This document shows positions 35,479 to 46,305 of a stretch of 64,000 nucleotides of DNA, one piece after another. The notes beneath the pieces are model-generated. The model searched no databases, was not told where the DNA came from, and worked only from the letters and a program-made list of their open reading frames with translations. This DNA comes from an uncultured Alphaproteobacteria bacterium (lineage in GTDB: Bacteria; Pseudomonadota; Alphaproteobacteria; RF32; CAG-239): positions 2,214 to 66,213 of the forward strand of contig CALXRS010000007.1 in NCBI GenBank assembly GCA_944390915.1, given 5' to 3'. Positions within the stretch are counted from its first letter, which is position 1. Every line of letters starts with the position of its first letter. Both the position numbers and the translations under genes were made by a program.

Positions 35479-36007
35479 TATTCCTCACAGAAATCCTGAG
35501 TTTATCAGGGCATCACCAGACACCGCACCACGCCGACAAGCATTCAAACACCAGTTTACAACCGCGTGATCTAAAAACCACCACAGCCCGAAACATCTGT
35601 GATTAAACGCCTGCATCGACAGACAGATATAGCCGGTTTTCCCATTGGGCAGAACGGCACAACCTTTGAACAGGAAGAGCATGGTTCTTATTTTCCGATA
35701 AATTGCCTCTCTTTCCAAATTTGCACAGCTTTCGGGGTAGACAAATTCAGTAATTAGTCAACGGAAACTTATGTGCCCCAATACCGGAACAATACCCTGA
35801 CGGGAGGATATCCTCCGTCCGTGCTTCAAAACAAATGCAATGCGGCTCCGTCCTCCTTTAGTTTACGCATATTATCAAAAAACGCGCCGCTTTTGCCCAA
35901 CCGCCTCTCTCACGGCAGCAAAAAAATTTTGATCCGCAAAGCCCTAACCTCACCTCCTGCTGCCGATTTTCTACTATGCTCTCGTCTCGATCGGCTGATT
36001 TTTGCTT

Positions 36008-36460
36008 TTATAACCCTTCATCGAACAGCAAACCGAAGCGCGCATCTTCCGTCAGCCGCTCCCGCATTCTTGCCATTTTTTTGCAGGCATCGGATTCGCG
36101 TCCAAAGCGCTCACCGACCTCCTGCAGACGTTCTTCCATAGTCATCATCTCTCCCTTCGGACCGACGGTCATATCGGCGCAGTTCAGCAAAAACAGCTCG
36201 TCCGACATCTCACTGACATCCGGATTGCCGTGTTCATAAACCTCCCGCCAACAGCCATAGCCCGTCCGTCTCAAAAGCTCGCCGCCAAGCGCCGCATGCT
36301 GCCGTTTTTCTACCGCAAACTCATAACCGACATCGTGCAGCATCCCCAGCAAAAACATCTCCTGTTTTTTGTTTGCATCTGCCGAAAAAAACTTTTCCGC
36401 CAACCGCGCTGCCTGCCTTGCCACGCCCAGAATATGGTTCCATCTGTCCTCGGTAATCAT
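36008..36460 (-). CDS. HD-domain phosphohydrolase-like protein
   Basis: ..WNHILGVARQAARLAE...LLGMLHDVGY.. carries the H..HD signature; 150 aa. Confidence 0.7.
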   Translation of the reverse strand: MITEDRWNHILGVARQAARLAEKFFSADANKKQEMFLLGMLHDVGYEFAVEKRQHAALGGELLRRTGYGCWREVYEHGNPDVSEMSDELFLLNCADMTVGPKGEMMTMEERLQEVGERFGRESDACKKMARMRERLTEDARFGLLFDEGL

Positions 36461-36543
36461 TTATTGTTTTCCCGGATTATATACAAAAACACCGCCTGAA
36501 AACAGCGGTGTTTTTGTTTTGGTTTTATTGTTCTGACAAAGCC

Positions 36544-37002
36544 CTAGGCTTCGACAATATTGACTTTGCCGCCGGCTTTTTCGATTGCGGCAACAGCAGC
36601 TTTGGAAGCCGAGTTAACCGAAATCGTAACCGCCGTCGTTACCGCACCGCGGGCAAGCAAACGCACGCCGTCGTAAGTTTTGGTAACAATTCCGGCTGCC
36701 GACAGAGCTGCCAAATCAACGGCGTCTGCCTTCAGTTTGCCGGCGTCAATGGCCGTTTGCAGGGTATCCAGATTAACCACCGCAAAGGTTTTGGCAAACG
36801 GGTTCTTAAAACCGCGTTTCGGCAAACGACGGTAAATCGGCATCTGACCGCCTTCAAAGCCGTTGATGGCAACGCCGCTGCGAGCTTTCTGGCCTTTCTG
36901 TCCGTGACCGGAAGTTTTGCCCTTGCCGCTGCCGATGCCGCGTCCGACTCTGATACGGTCTTTGGTCGCCCCGCGATTGTCTTTCAATTCATTCAGTTTC
37001 AT
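36544..37002 (-). CDS. rplO: 50S ribosomal protein L15
   Basis: [43 protein letters not shown].. I prefer the ATG at 37002 (AGGTGAG RBS) over the track's GTG at 37011. Confidence 0.95.
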   Translation of the reverse strand: MKLNELKDNRGATKDRIRVGRGIGSGKGKTSGHGQKGQKARSGVAINGFEGGQMPIYRRLPKRGFKNPFAKTFAVVNLDTLQTAIDAGKLKADAVDLAALSAAGIVTKTYDGVRLLARGAVTTAVTISVNSASKAAVAAIEKAGGKVNIVEA

Positions 37003-37059
37003 TTTTCTCACCTGATTTGATAACTCGGAGGCAGTTGTTCTTGCCCTGCCCCCGGTTGA

Positions 37060-37242
37060 TTAATCCACAATTTTGACAAGATGCGGAATTTTGTTAATCA
37101 TTCCGCGGATCGACGGGGTATCTTCCAGTTCGACCACTTTGTTCATCTTGTTCAAGCCAAGTCCGATCAAAACGGCTTTCTGTTTTTCCGGACGCCCGAT
37201 CGAGCTGGCTACCTGCTTAACTTTTATTGTTTTGTTAGCCAT
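37060..37242 (-). CDS. rpmD: 50S ribosomal protein L30
   Basis: 60 aa, [30 protein letters not shown].., lying between rpsE and rplO. Confidence 0.95.
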   Translation of the reverse strand: MANKTIKVKQVASSIGRPEKQKAVLIGLGLNKMNKVVELEDTPSIRGMINKIPHLVKIVD

Positions 37243-37245
37243 GGG

Positions 37246-37809
37246 TTAAGCCTCCTCTTTTTCAGCTTTGGCAGCGCCGGAAGTTTCCCGACGGCTGACA
37301 ATATCGCCTACTTTTTTGCCTCTTTTGGCAGCAACCATCCGCGGCGAGCAAATCGACTGCAGGGCATTAAAAGTGGCTTTAATCATGTTGTACGGGTTGT
37401 TGGAGCCGAGCGATTTGGCAACCACATCCTGCACACCGAGAACTTCAAACACGGCGCGCATCGGGCCGCCGGCGATAACGCCGGTACCGGCGGGAGCCGT
37501 TCTCAGCACCACTTTGCCCGCGCCGAAATGACCGGCAACATCGTGATGCAGGGTTCTGCCTTCACGCAGGGGAATGCGAACCATATTTTTTCTGGCTTCG
37601 TTGGTGGCTTTGGTAATGGCTTCCGGAACTTCGGCAGCCTTGCCCGAACCGTAACCGACGCGGCCTTTCTGGTCGCCGACGACGACAACCGCAGCAAAGG
37701 ACATGTTGCGGCCGCCTTTAACCGTTTTGGCGACGCGGTTGATGTGAACCAGTTTTTCAACCAGTTCTTCTTTTTTCTCTGTTTTACGACGATCTACAGC
37801 TTGTGCCAT
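37246..37809 (-). CDS. rpsE: 30S ribosomal protein S5
   Basis: ..[46 protein letters not shown].. Confidence 0.96.
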   Translation of the reverse strand: MAQAVDRRKTEKKEELVEKLVHINRVAKTVKGGRNMSFAAVVVVGDQKGRVGYGSGKAAEVPEAITKATNEARKNMVRIPLREGRTLHHDVAGHFGAGKVVLRTAPAGTGVIAGGPMRAVFEVLGVQDVVAKSLGSNNPYNMIKATFNALQSICSPRMVAAKRGKKVGDIVSRRETSGAAKAEKEEA

Positions 37810-37821
37810 TTCTCTAATCTC

Positions 37822-38184
37822 CTAAAATTTCAAACCGGCTTCGCGGGCAGCGTCGGCCAAAGCCTTTACGCGGCCATGGAAAATGTAACCGCCGCGGTCA
37901 AAAACCACTTCGTTTACACCCGATTTCATCGCCCTTTCGGCAACGGTTTTACCAATAACACCGGCTGCTTCGACGGTTGACGTTTTTTTCAGGTTTTCCC
38001 GAACTTCCTTATCCAGCGTGGAGGCAGAAGCAACGGTTATGCCTTTAACATCGTCAATGATTTGCGCATAGATATGCTTACCGCTGCGGAAAACGGAAAG
38101 TCTCAACTTGCCGTTGGCAGCGTTTTTCAAAGCTGTTCTTACGCGAGCCTGTCTTTTCTTAAACAATTTTCTTGGCGTATTCAT
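37822..38184 (-). CDS. rplR: 50S ribosomal protein L18
   Basis: ..[18 protein letters not shown]...[25 protein letters not shown]. Confidence 0.96.
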   Translation of the reverse strand: MNTPRKLFKKRQARVRTALKNAANGKLRLSVFRSGKHIYAQIIDDVKGITVASASTLDKEVRENLKKTSTVEAAGVIGKTVAERAMKSGVNEVVFDRGGYIFHGRVKALADAAREAGLKF

Positions 38185-38195
38185 TAAACTATTCC

Positions 38196-38735
38196 TTATT
38201 TCTTCTTGCCTTCTTTGCGGCGGACATATTCACCCGTGTATCTCACGCCCTTGCCCTTATAGGGTTCGGGTTTTCTGTATTCACGGATCTTGTCGGCAAC
38301 CTGACCGACCAACTGTTTGTCGGCACCGAAGACAGTCAGCTGGGTCGGCGAAACACAGGTAATTTTAATGCCTTCCGGGGCATCAAAAATAATATCGTGC
38401 GAAAAACCGAGCGACAAAACCAGCTTTTTTGTGCCTTCCATTCTTGCCTTATAACCGACGCCGATTAATTCCAGCTGCTTGGTAAAACCTTCGCTGACGC
38501 CTTTGACGATGGAATTAATCTGGGCACGGGTCGTACCCCACAAAGCACGGGCTTGTTGTGATTGATGCAAAGGAGCAACCACAACTTTGTTTTCTTCCAG
38601 TTTGGCGCTGACCATACCGTCGTCAAAAGCAAACGTCAGCTCGCCGTTTTTGCCTTTGGCGGTGACGACGTTGCCGTCAACGGTAACCGTTACGCCTTCA
38701 GGGATGATAACCGGGTATTTTCCAACTCTAGACAT
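38196..38735 (-). CDS. rplF: 50S ribosomal protein L6
   Basis: [33 protein letters not shown].. Confidence 0.96.
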   Translation of the reverse strand: MSRVGKYPVIIPEGVTVTVDGNVVTAKGKNGELTFAFDDGMVSAKLEENKVVVAPLHQSQQARALWGTTRAQINSIVKGVSEGFTKQLELIGVGYKARMEGTKKLVLSLGFSHDIIFDAPEGIKITCVSPTQLTVFGADKQLVGQVADKIREYRKPEPYKGKGVRYTGEYVRRKEGKKK

Positions 38736-38750
38736 ACCATTCCTCCCTAA

Positions 38751-39149
38751 TTAAAATACCTGACACAGAATTTCACCGCCGACATTGGCCTTTCTGGCTT
38801 CGTTGTCGCTCATCACGCCCTGCGGAGTCGAAATAATCGAAATTCCCAGACCGTTGTACACTCTCGGCAAGTCCTTCACGCTCGAATACACACGGCGGCC
38901 GGGCTTGGAGACGCGGTAAATTTCATTAATAACCGAAGCACCTTCAAAGTACTTCAACTGAATGCGAAGTTCGTCAACGCCGGCACGAACGTTATACTTT
39001 TCGTAGCCGAGGATATATCCTTCCTTTTTCAGAACTTCCAACACATTTTCGCGCAGGCGGGAAGCAGGAGAGATGACTTCCTTTTTCTTCGCGCTTTGCG
39101 CGTTTCTAATACGAGTGAGCATATCGCCCAAAGGATCAGACATAGACAT
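38751..39149 (-). CDS. rpsH: 30S ribosomal protein S8
   Basis: [25 protein letters not shown].. Confidence 0.96.
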   Translation of the reverse strand: MSMSDPLGDMLTRIRNAQSAKKKEVISPASRLRENVLEVLKKEGYILGYEKYNVRAGVDELRIQLKYFEGASVINEIYRVSKPGRRVYSSVKDLPRVYNGLGISIISTPQGVMSDNEARKANVGGEILCQVF

Positions 39150-39163
39150 TTCTCAAAACCTCC

Positions 39164-39469
39164 TTACCAGCTGGATTTTACTAAACCGGGGATTTCACCG
39201 AAGCTGGCCATTCTTCTCAATTCGTTGCGGCACAGCTTGAATTTGCGGTAAACACCACGGGAACGACCCGTATTTTCGCAGCGGTTTTTAATCCGCACGC
39301 GCGAAGAATTGCGGGGCAGTTCGGCCAATTTCAAAACTTTTTTGAATCTTTCTTCCGGAGAAGTGTTCTTGTCCTTGATTTCCGCAATCAGTTTGTTGCG
39401 GGTGTTGGCAAACTTCTCGGCTTTCTGGATTCTTTTAAGGTTTCTGTAAATAGAACTCTTTTTTGCCAT
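39164..39469 (-). CDS. rpsN: 30S ribosomal protein S14 (long, 101 aa form)
   Basis: [13 protein letters not shown]...[41 protein letters not shown]. Confidence 0.96.
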   Translation of the reverse strand: MAKKSSIYRNLKRIQKAEKFANTRNKLIAEIKDKNTSPEERFKKVLKLAELPRNSSRVRIKNRCENTGRSRGVYRKFKLCRNELRRMASFGEIPGLVKSSW

Positions 39470-39483
39470 GGTAAAATCTCCGC

Positions 39484-40026
39484 TTAATTCTTAATCGGTA
39501 AGTTAAACCCTACGAGGAGAGCCTTGGCTTCTTCGTCGGTTTTGGCAGAAGTGCAGATAACAATGTCCATTCCGCGGACGGCGTCAACTTTTTCATAGTT
39601 GATTTCAGGGAAAATGATCTGCTCTTTGATGCCGAAGGCAAAATTGCCACGACCGTCAAAGTTTTTGCCCTGAATGCCGTGGAAGTCCCGGATACGCGGC
39701 AAAGCCATGTTAACCAGTCTTTCCAGAAATTCGTACATTCTCTCTCTTCTCAGAGTAACCTTGCAACCGATGGGCATTTCTTCTCTGACCTTAAAGGTCG
39801 CGATGGATTTGCGCGCTTTGGTGATAACCGCCTTCTGGCCGGCTATCAATCCCATTTCTTCGGCTGCGTTGGTCAGTTTTTTCTTGTCCGTCACGGCGTC
39901 GCCGACACCCATGTTCAGGACAATTTTGGTCAGCTTCGGAATCTCGTGGCTGTTGGTGTAACCGAATTTGTCCACGAGAGATTTCTTAATGACCTCATTA
40001 TACAATTTTTCAAAATTTGTCATCAA
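39484..40026 (-). CDS. rplE: 50S ribosomal protein L5
   Basis: ..[20 protein letters not shown]...[20 protein letters not shown].. Confidence 0.96.
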   Translation of the reverse strand: MMTNFEKLYNEVIKKSLVDKFGYTNSHEIPKLTKIVLNMGVGDAVTDKKKLTNAAEEMGLIAGQKAVITKARKSIATFKVREEMPIGCKVTLRRERMYEFLERLVNMALPRIRDFHGIQGKNFDGRGNFAFGIKEQIIFPEINYEKVDAVRGMDIVICTSAKTDEEAKALLVGFNLPIKN

Positions 40027-40035
40027 TATAATCCC

Positions 40036-40353
40036 TTATTTATCGATTACTTCACCGGATTTGCGGGCAAAACGAACCTTGCGGCCGTTTTCTTCCTTGT
40101 AGCCGACCTTGGTTGCTTTCCCTTCGGAATTGACCAAAGCAACGTTGGAAACGTGAATCGGTGCTTCTTTGGTGATAATGCCGCCGGCCGATGTCTGACT
40201 CGGTTTGGTATGTCTCTTGACCAGATTGATACCTTGGACAACGACCTTGCCTTCTTTGGGCATGGCTTTTACGACTTCGCCGGTTTTGCCTTTGTCATCG
40301 CCGGACAAAACAACAACTTTGTCGCCTTTTTTAATTTTCAATTTCAGGTTCAT
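40036..40353 (-). CDS. rplX: 50S ribosomal protein L24
   Basis: ..[25 protein letters not shown].. Confidence 0.95.
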   Translation of the reverse strand: MNLKLKIKKGDKVVVLSGDDKGKTGEVVKAMPKEGKVVVQGINLVKRHTKPSQTSAGGIITKEAPIHVSNVALVNSEGKATKVGYKEENGRKVRFARKSGEVIDK

Positions 40354-40721
40354 TATAATACCTCCGGTGCGAGTGAAATTATCTTCATAAATTTCTTTGC
40401 ACGCAATTCTCTGGTTACGGGCCCGAAAATACGGGTACCGATCGGTTCTCCGTCTTTGTTAATCAAAACGGCAGCGTTGCTGTCGAAACGGATAACCGAA
40501 CCGTCTTTGCGGCGGATGTCGCTGGCGGTGCGGACGATGACGGCTTTGCAGACATCGCCTTTTTTGACACGCCCTTTCGGCAATGCATCTTTAATCGACA
40601 CGACAATGACGTCGCCGACGGTTGCGTGCATTCTCTTGGAACCGCCCAGAACCTTTATGCACTGCACCTGACGTGCGCCCGAGTTATCTGCAACATCCAG
40701 GTTGGTTTGCATTTGTATCAT
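40353..40721 (-). CDS. rplN: 50S ribosomal protein L14
   Basis: [30 protein letters not shown].. Confidence 0.97.
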   Translation of the reverse strand: MIQMQTNLDVADNSGARQVQCIKVLGGSKRMHATVGDVIVVSIKDALPKGRVKKGDVCKAVIVRTASDIRRKDGSVIRFDSNAAVLINKDGEPIGTRIFGPVTRELRAKKFMKIISLAPEVL

Positions 40722-40736
40722 TTTTTTATTCCTTCT

Positions 40737-40976
40737 CTATTCGGCGTTATCAACTAACACTGTCCAAGTCTTGGTTTTAGAATAAGGCTTGGCCTCGATG
40801 ATTCTAACTTCGTCACCAATTTTGAACTGGTTGTTTTCATCATGAGCGGCATATTTTTTGCTTTTCTTGATGAACTTTTTATAAACCGGATGCATAACCT
40901 GACGTTCAACCTTAACGACCACGGTTTTATCCTGTTTATCACTGACAACAACACCCTGAAGAATTCTTTTAGGCAT
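40737..40976 (-). CDS. rpsQ: 30S ribosomal protein S17
   Basis: [35 protein letters not shown].. Confidence 0.96.
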   Translation of the reverse strand: MPKRILQGVVVSDKQDKTVVVKVERQVMHPVYKKFIKKSKKYAAHDENNQFKIGDEVRIIEAKPYSKTKTWTVLVDNAE

Positions 40977-40987
40977 AGCTTTTTCTC

Positions 40988-41185
40988 CTAACTATTCTTC
41001 TTACGCTCGGTTAAAAGCGTGTTGATTTTTGCAATATCGCGGCGGACTTTGCGGACATTTGCAGTGTTCTGCAACTGACCGGTAGACTGCTGAATGCGAA
41101 GATTAAACTGCTCTTTTTTAAGCTCCAGCAATTTAGCCTCTAATTCGTCAGCAGTCAAGCTGCGAAGATCTTTTATTTTTGCCAT
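40988..41185 (-). CDS. rpmC: 50S ribosomal protein L29
   Basis: 65 aa, ..[26 protein letters not shown].., in the expected position between rplP and rpsQ. Confidence 0.93.
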   Translation of the reverse strand: MAKIKDLRSLTADELEAKLLELKKEQFNLRIQQSTGQLQNTANVRKVRRDIAKINTLLTERKKNS

Positions 41186-41186
41186 T

Positions 41187-41615
41187 TTATGCTACTCCTT
41201 GGTCAGAATTCAGACGTTTGACGAATTTTGTTTTAATCGGCAGCTTGGCGGCGCCCAGGGCGAAAGCCGTGCGGGCGGTTTCTTCGCTCACGCCGTCGAT
41301 TTCGAACATAATCCGACCGGGGTGCACTCTGGCGCACCAATATTCGATGGAACCTTTACCTTTACCCATACGGACTTCGGCAGGTTTATCGGATACCGGC
41401 ACATCAGGGAAAATTCGGATCCATACTCTTCCGGCTCTTTTCATTTCACGGGTAATCGCGCGACGGGCCGCTTCAATCTGGCGGGCCGTAATACGATCCG
41501 GGGTCAGAGCTTTCAATCCATATGTACCGAAACTCAGTTCCGCGCCGCCTTTGGTCAGGCCGTGAATACGACCTTTGTGCTGCTTGCGGAATTTCATTTT
41601 TTTAGGACTTAACAT
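41187..41615 (-). CDS. rplP: 50S ribosomal protein L16
   Basis: [24 protein letters not shown].. Confidence 0.97.
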   Translation of the reverse strand: MLSPKKMKFRKQHKGRIHGLTKGGAELSFGTYGLKALTPDRITARQIEAARRAITREMKRAGRVWIRIFPDVPVSDKPAEVRMGKGKGSIEYWCARVHPGRIMFEIDGVSEETARTAFALGAAKLPIKTKFVKRLNSDQGVA

Positions 41616-41633
41616 CTTACTTTAACCTCATCA

Positions 41634-42302
41634 TTACTTCTGTTCGGCCAGTTTTTTGTCCTGGGCCATCGGATCGTGAGCCATAATCTCGCCTTTATAG
41701 ATCCAGACTTTTACGCCGCAGGCGCCGTATGTGGTATGAGCCGTTGCCGTTGCGTAATCAATATCGGCACGCAGGGTGTGCAAAGGAACACGACCTTCGC
41801 GGTAGTGTTCGGTTCTGGCGATTTCCGCCCCGCCCAAACGACCGGAACAGCAAACTTTGATTCCTTCGGCGCCGAGCCGCAGAGCCGACTGCATCACGCG
41901 CTTCATCGCACGACGGAAGGCAACGCGCCGTTCCAGCTGCTGAGCAACGCTTTCCGCAACCAGCTGGGCATCAAGTTCGGGTTTTCTCACCTCAAGAATG
42001 TTCAGCTGAACTTCCGAAGAAGTCATGGCCTGAATTTCTTTTCTCAAGGCTTCGATATCCTGACCTTTTTTGCCGATAACCACACCGGGTCTTGCCGAGT
42101 GGATGGTAACTCTGGCCTTTTTCGCAGGACGTTCGATAACGATTCTGCTGATGCCGGCCTGAGCCAGTTTCTTTTTCAAGAATTCTTTAATTTGTACGTC
42201 TTCATGCAGGTATTTGGCATAGTTGTCATCCGCATACCAACGGGAATCCCAGGTACGGTTAACTCCCAGACGAAGACTTGTAGGATTTGCTTTCTGTCCC
42301 AT
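41634..42302 (-). CDS. rpsC: 30S ribosomal protein S3
   Basis: I prefer the ATG at 42302 ([13 protein letters not shown].., GGGGAG RBS) over the track start at 42317. Confidence 0.96.
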   Translation of the reverse strand: MGQKANPTSLRLGVNRTWDSRWYADDNYAKYLHEDVQIKEFLKKKLAQAGISRIVIERPAKKARVTIHSARPGVVIGKKGQDIEALRKEIQAMTSSEVQLNILEVRKPELDAQLVAESVAQQLERRVAFRRAMKRVMQSALRLGAEGIKVCCSGRLGGAEIARTEHYREGRVPLHTLRADIDYATATAHTTYGACGVKVWIYKGEIMAHDPMAQDKKLAEQK

Positions 42303-42306
42303 AAAC

Positions 42307-42684
42307 TTACTCCCCACGCTCGGTTACAACGATAGTAATATTGGAGAAGGGTTTTAAAACTCTTGCTCCTCTGCCGCGACCTCTTGCGTGCATGCGTTTC
42401 ATTACCAAACCTTTTCCGCAATAAGCTTCACTTACATAAAGCTTATCAATGTTTAACTGATGGTTGTTTTCGGCGTTTGCAATAGCGGATTGCAAAACTT
42501 TCAGCACCGATTTGGCGATTCTCTTCTTGGAGAAAGTCAGCTCGGCAACAGCCTTTTCAACAGCCAGTCCGCGGATCGATTCGGCCACCAGATTAAGCTT
42601 GCGGGGGCTTGTGCGCAGCGAGTTGCAAACGGCTTGCGCCTGGTTTGCCTGCAGTCTTCTTACATCTTTAGACTTTCCCATCAC
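42307..42684 (-). CDS. rplV: 50S ribosomal protein L22
   Basis: ..[22 protein letters not shown]...[19 protein letters not shown].. Confidence 0.96.
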   Translation of the reverse strand: MMGKSKDVRRLQANQAQAVCNSLRTSPRKLNLVAESIRGLAVEKAVAELTFSKKRIAKSVLKVLQSAIANAENNHQLNIDKLYVSEAYCGKGLVMKRMHARGRGRGARVLKPFSNITIVVTERGE

Positions 42685-42962
42685 TAACTCCTTTTAGCTT
42701 TCTTATCGGCAGCGTGACCGTAGAACACACGGGTCGGAGCAAATTCGCCGAACTTGTGGCCGACCATATCTTCGGTAACGAGAACCGGGATAAACTTATG
42801 ACCATTGTGCACACCAAATGTCAGGCCGACAAACTGCGGCAACATGGTGGATCTGCGCGACCAGATTTTAATAACTTCGTTTCTGCCCGAAGCTCTGGCT
42901 GCCTCTGCTTTCTTCAAGAGATATCCATCAACAAACGGTCCTTTCCATACTGAACGTGTCAT
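42684..42962 (-). CDS. rpsS: 30S ribosomal protein S19
   Basis: [18 protein letters not shown]...[21 protein letters not shown].. Confidence 0.97.
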   Translation of the reverse strand: MTRSVWKGPFVDGYLLKKAEAARASGRNEVIKIWSRRSTMLPQFVGLTFGVHNGHKFIPVLVTEDMVGHKFGEFAPTRVFYGHAADKKAKRS

Positions 42963-42979
42963 TAGCTTATCTCCTTAGA

Positions 42980-43813
42980 TTATTTCTTATTATCGTGACG
43001 GGATCTCATGATATAGCGATCCGTCTTCTTGTTGGAACGAGTCTTGCCGCCCTTGGTCGGTTTGCCCCACGGAGTCGTCGGATGACGTCCGCCGGAGGTA
43101 CGGCCTTCGCCGCCGCCCATCGGGTGATCGACAGGGTTCATGGCCACGCCGCGGGAAACCGGACGCAGTCCGAGCCAACGGGCACGACCGGCCTTGCCGA
43201 GCGATCTGTTCTGGTTGTCGGGGTTGGAAACCGCACCGACGGTTGCCAGACATTCTTCACGAACCATACGCAGCTCGCCGGAGCTGAGTTTCAGCTGGGC
43301 ATAACCGGCATCCTTACCGACCAGCTGAGCGAAACAACCGGCCGAACGAACCAGTTGACCGCCCTTACCCGCACGCAGTTCAACGTTGTGGATAATCGTG
43401 CCGACCGGCATGTTTTTCAGAGGCATGGTGTTGCCCGGCTTAATATCGGCCTTGGCTGCCGAAATGACCTTGTCGCCGGCTTTTAATCTCTGCGGAGCGA
43501 GAATGTACGATTTTTCGCCGTCTTCATAGCAAATCAACGCAATGAAAGCCGAGCGGTTCGGATCGTATTCGATTCTCTCAACCGTTGCCTCAACATCAAA
43601 TTTGTTACGTCTGAAGTCGATAATTCTGAGCTTGCGTTTATGTCCGCCGCCCTTTCTCCGACTTGTTACATGTCCGAAATTGTCACGGCCGCCGGTCTTG
43701 GTCAGACCAATTGTCAGCGACTTTTCCGGAGCTCCCTTGTACAGTTCCGAGCGGTCAACAATAACCAGCTGACGCATGCCCGGAGACGTGGGCTTATATG
43801 TTTTTAACACCAT
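42980..43813 (-). CDS. rplB: 50S ribosomal protein L2
   Basis: ..[19 protein letters not shown]...[23 protein letters not shown].. Confidence 0.97.
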   Translation of the reverse strand: MVLKTYKPTSPGMRQLVIVDRSELYKGAPEKSLTIGLTKTGGRDNFGHVTSRRKGGGHKRKLRIIDFRRNKFDVEATVERIEYDPNRSAFIALICYEDGEKSYILAPQRLKAGDKVISAAKADIKPGNTMPLKNMPVGTIIHNVELRAGKGGQLVRSAGCFAQLVGKDAGYAQLKLSSGELRMVREECLATVGAVSNPDNQNRSLGKAGRARWLGLRPVSRGVAMNPVDHPMGGGEGRTSGGRHPTTPWGKPTKGGKTRSNKKTDRYIMRSRHDNKK

Positions 43814-43815
43814 TT

Positions 43816-44133
43816 TTAGATTCCTGTTGTAACATCAATATTTTGACCTTCGGCAAGGGTAACCAGAGCCTTTTTGTAATCGGAACGGCGTCCCGGATTA
43901 TTTCTGAATCTCTTAACCTTGCCCGCCTGACGAATTGTATTCACCTTGGTAACCTTAACGTTGAAAATGGATTCAACGGCGGCTTTAACCTCGTCTTTGC
44001 TTGCTTCCAGAGGAACGCGGAAAACAATTTTGCCCGCTTCGCTCGAAAGCATCGACTTTTCGGTGATTACCGGACGCACCAGCGTGTCGTACATTGCTGC
44101 TGTCACATTGACGGTTTTTTCGTTTTTACTCAT
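43816..44133 (-). CDS. rplW: 50S ribosomal protein L23
   Basis: I prefer the ATG at 44133, which forms an ATGA overlap with the rplD stop. ..[13 protein letters not shown]...KVNTI.. Confidence 0.92.
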   Translation of the reverse strand: MSKNEKTVNVTAAMYDTLVRPVITEKSMLSSEAGKIVFRVPLEASKDEVKAAVESIFNVKVTKVNTIRQAGKVKRFRNNPGRRSDYKKALVTLAEGQNIDVTTGI

Positions 44134-44753
44134 TTCAATCTTTCCTCCAGGCAAGTGACGGCATCTTTAGTCAGCACCAGTTTGTCCTTTCTCAAGATGT
44201 CATATACATTGGCGCCGATTGTGGGCAAAACGTCTACGCCGACAATGTTGCGGGACGCCAGTGCAAAATTAATATCAACCTCTTGTCCGTCGATGAACAG
44301 GCAGTTGTTCAGACCGCAGAGCTCAAGCTTTGCTTTCAGCTCTTTTGTCTTCGGACTGGACAGTTTGGCTTCATCAACGATAACGAGGCTGCCCTCTTTG
44401 GCCTTGGCCGAGAGAGCTGTTTTCAGACCAAGCTTTCTGAACTTCTTGGTCAGTTCGTGTGCATGATCGCGAACAACCGGACCAAACACGACGCCACCCT
44501 TTCTGAATTGGGTGCCCTTGCGCGAACCCTGACGGGCATTACCGCTGCCTTTCTGCTTGAAAGGTTTGGCAGGAGTCAGAGCAACCTCGGAGCGCCCTTT
44601 CGTCTTGTGGGTGCCGGCTTGCATTTTGGCGAGCTGCCATCTTACAACCCGTTGTAAAATATCCGCACGAACTTCCAACCCGAAAATGGAGTCGTTCAAT
44701 TCGATTGTGCCGACATTTTTATTTTCTAAATTTAAGATGTCCTGTTTCATCAT
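44130..44753 (-). CDS. rplD: 50S ribosomal protein L4
   Basis: ..[43 protein letters not shown].. Confidence 0.96.
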   Translation of the reverse strand: MMKQDILNLENKNVGTIELNDSIFGLEVRADILQRVVRWQLAKMQAGTHKTKGRSEVALTPAKPFKQKGSGNARQGSRKGTQFRKGGVVFGPVVRDHAHELTKKFRKLGLKTALSAKAKEGSLVIVDEAKLSSPKTKELKAKLELCGLNNCLFIDGQEVDINFALASRNIVGVDVLPTIGANVYDILRKDKLVLTKDAVTCLEERLK

Positions 44754-44768
44754 TTCTATCCTTTAACT

Positions 44769-45488
44769 TTATGCATTATCAGCTGCTTCAGCTTTAACTG
44801 CAACAGGTTCATCAACTTTTTTCAGACCGGCGGGCAGAGGCAGTTCCACATTGCCGCATTTTTTAACGGCATCGGTGATACGCACCCAGGCGTTGGCACA
44901 ACCCGGCACGCCGCCTTTAACCATAATCAGCCCTTTGGCAGCGTCAACGGCAACAACCTTCAGGTTTTGCACGGTAACGCGTTCGTTGCCCATATGGCCG
45001 GCCATTTTCTTACCCTTAAACACTTTGCCGGGATCCTGTCTCTGCCCCGTGGAGCCGTGAGAACGGTGTGAGATCGACACGCCGTGAGTGGCTTCCAGAC
45101 CGGCAAAATTGTGACGCTTCATGGCACCGGCAAAACCTTTACCGATGGAAGTGGCACAGACATCGACATACTGACCGGGAACAAAATGTTCAACCGACAG
45201 TTCGTCGCCGACATTAAGCAGGCAGTCTTCAGACACTCTGAACTCACCAAGCTTTTTCTTCGGCTCTACTTTCGCTTTGGCAAAATGCCCTTTCAAGGCT
45301 TTCGACACGTTTTTGACCTTAACGGCGCCGGTACCGAGCTGCACGGCCGTATAACCGTCGCGCTCCATGGTTCTGACGTCAACAACCTGCAGGCCGTCAA
45401 CGGCAAGAACGGTCACCGGAACATGAACCCCGTTTGCCTCAAAAATGCGGGACATTCCCAGTTTTTTTGCGATTAATCCAGTACGCAT
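44769..45488 (-). CDS. rplC: 50S ribosomal protein L3
   Basis: [16 protein letters not shown]....[15 protein letters not shown]...[28 protein letters not shown].. Confidence 0.97.
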   Translation of the reverse strand: MRTGLIAKKLGMSRIFEANGVHVPVTVLAVDGLQVVDVRTMERDGYTAVQLGTGAVKVKNVSKALKGHFAKAKVEPKKKLGEFRVSEDCLLNVGDELSVEHFVPGQYVDVCATSIGKGFAGAMKRHNFAGLEATHGVSISHRSHGSTGQRQDPGKVFKGKKMAGHMGNERVTVQNLKVVAVDAAKGLIMVKGGVPGCANAWVRITDAVKKCGNVELPLPAGLKKVDEPVAVKAEAADNA

Positions 45489-45581
45489 TATTTGTTTTTC
45501 CTTTTCAATAGGTTGACTTCCCCTGTTTCATGAAAGCCAACATTGCTTGTTTTTTACGGGTAATTATTCTTTATAAAACAA

Positions 45582-45893
45582 TTACAGTTTGATTTCTACG
45601 TTAACGCCGGCTGCGAGATCAAGCTTCATCAAAGCATCTACGGTTTGCGGCGTCGGATCGACGATGTCAAGAAGTCTCTTATGGGTTCTGATTTCAAACT
45701 GTTCGCGCGATTTCTTGTCGACGTGCGGCGAACGGTTGACCGTGAACTTCTCGATTCTTGTCGGCAGAGGGATCGGCCCTCTTACGTTTGCCCCGGTTCT
45801 TTTGGCCGTGTGAACAATCTCTTTGGTCGACTGGTCAAGCAAACGGTGGTCAAAAGCCTTCAGGCGGATTCTTATATTTTGTGTATCCATCAT
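45582..45893 (-). CDS. rpsJ: 30S ribosomal protein S10
   Basis: ..[39 protein letters not shown].. Confidence 0.97.
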   Translation of the reverse strand: MMDTQNIRIRLKAFDHRLLDQSTKEIVHTAKRTGANVRGPIPLPTRIEKFTVNRSPHVDKKSREQFEIRTHKRLLDIVDPTPQTVDALMKLDLAAGVNVEIKL

Positions 45894-46256
45894 TTTAATT
45901 TTTTTCCTATAACTAGACGGCGCGATTCGCCAAATGCCAAACCTGCCGCCTACCGGTTGAACTTATGCAAAACCTTGAAATACAAGGGATGCAAAATATT
46001 TTATATGACAACCGGAGGGCAGATTCCGCCGCCTTCTCCGGTTAGCGTGAGCGTTTTGTAACACAAGCGCCGTCACTTTGCAAGCAAAAAATCATCTTTT
46101 TTTCAATTTTTTACTAAAACAAAATCCTTTTGGCGGACTCCTCTTTTACCTTCGAAAAAGTCCTTTGCGATTAACAAAAACACCCTTCGTTTTTATCCGT
46201 TTCGGCGTTTCTTGTTCGCGGTATTAACATACATTTTCCTCGCAGTTTTAACATGC

Positions 46257-46287
46257 AAAAAAGAGGAGCGGTCGCTCCTCTTTTTTT
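46257..46287. terminator. Bidirectional intrinsic terminator after the autotransporter gene
   Basis: agaggagcg-gt-cgctcctct hairpin flanked by A6 and T7, 19 nt beyond the stop at 46306. Confidence 0.8.
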
Positions 46288-46305
46288 CGCCTCTTCCGTT
46301 GCCGA

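Noticed and set aside
35485-35718. 77-aa TTG-start ORF in the pgk-HD spacer.
   Set aside because: It has no RBS and no recognisable motif, and it overlaps the pgk terminator region. I kept it only as a possible gene remnant in a finding.
37081-40671. Plus-strand ORFs of 299 aa (37081-37980) and 330 aa (39679-40671) inside the ribosomal protein operon, and similar ones at 21995-23290, 62314-63477 and 47383-48696.
   Set aside because: All are antisense to unambiguous conserved genes and lack motifs or RBSs.
45894-46256. Possible S10-leader attenuator hairpin (aaccggag...ctccggtt, about 46010-46043) and a TTGCAA-N17-TACAAA promoter upstream of rpsJ.
   Set aside because: These are plausible from position alone. 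I cannot show homology to the L4-regulated S10 leader, and several alternative -35/-10 pairs exist, so the evidence is too weak to annotate.
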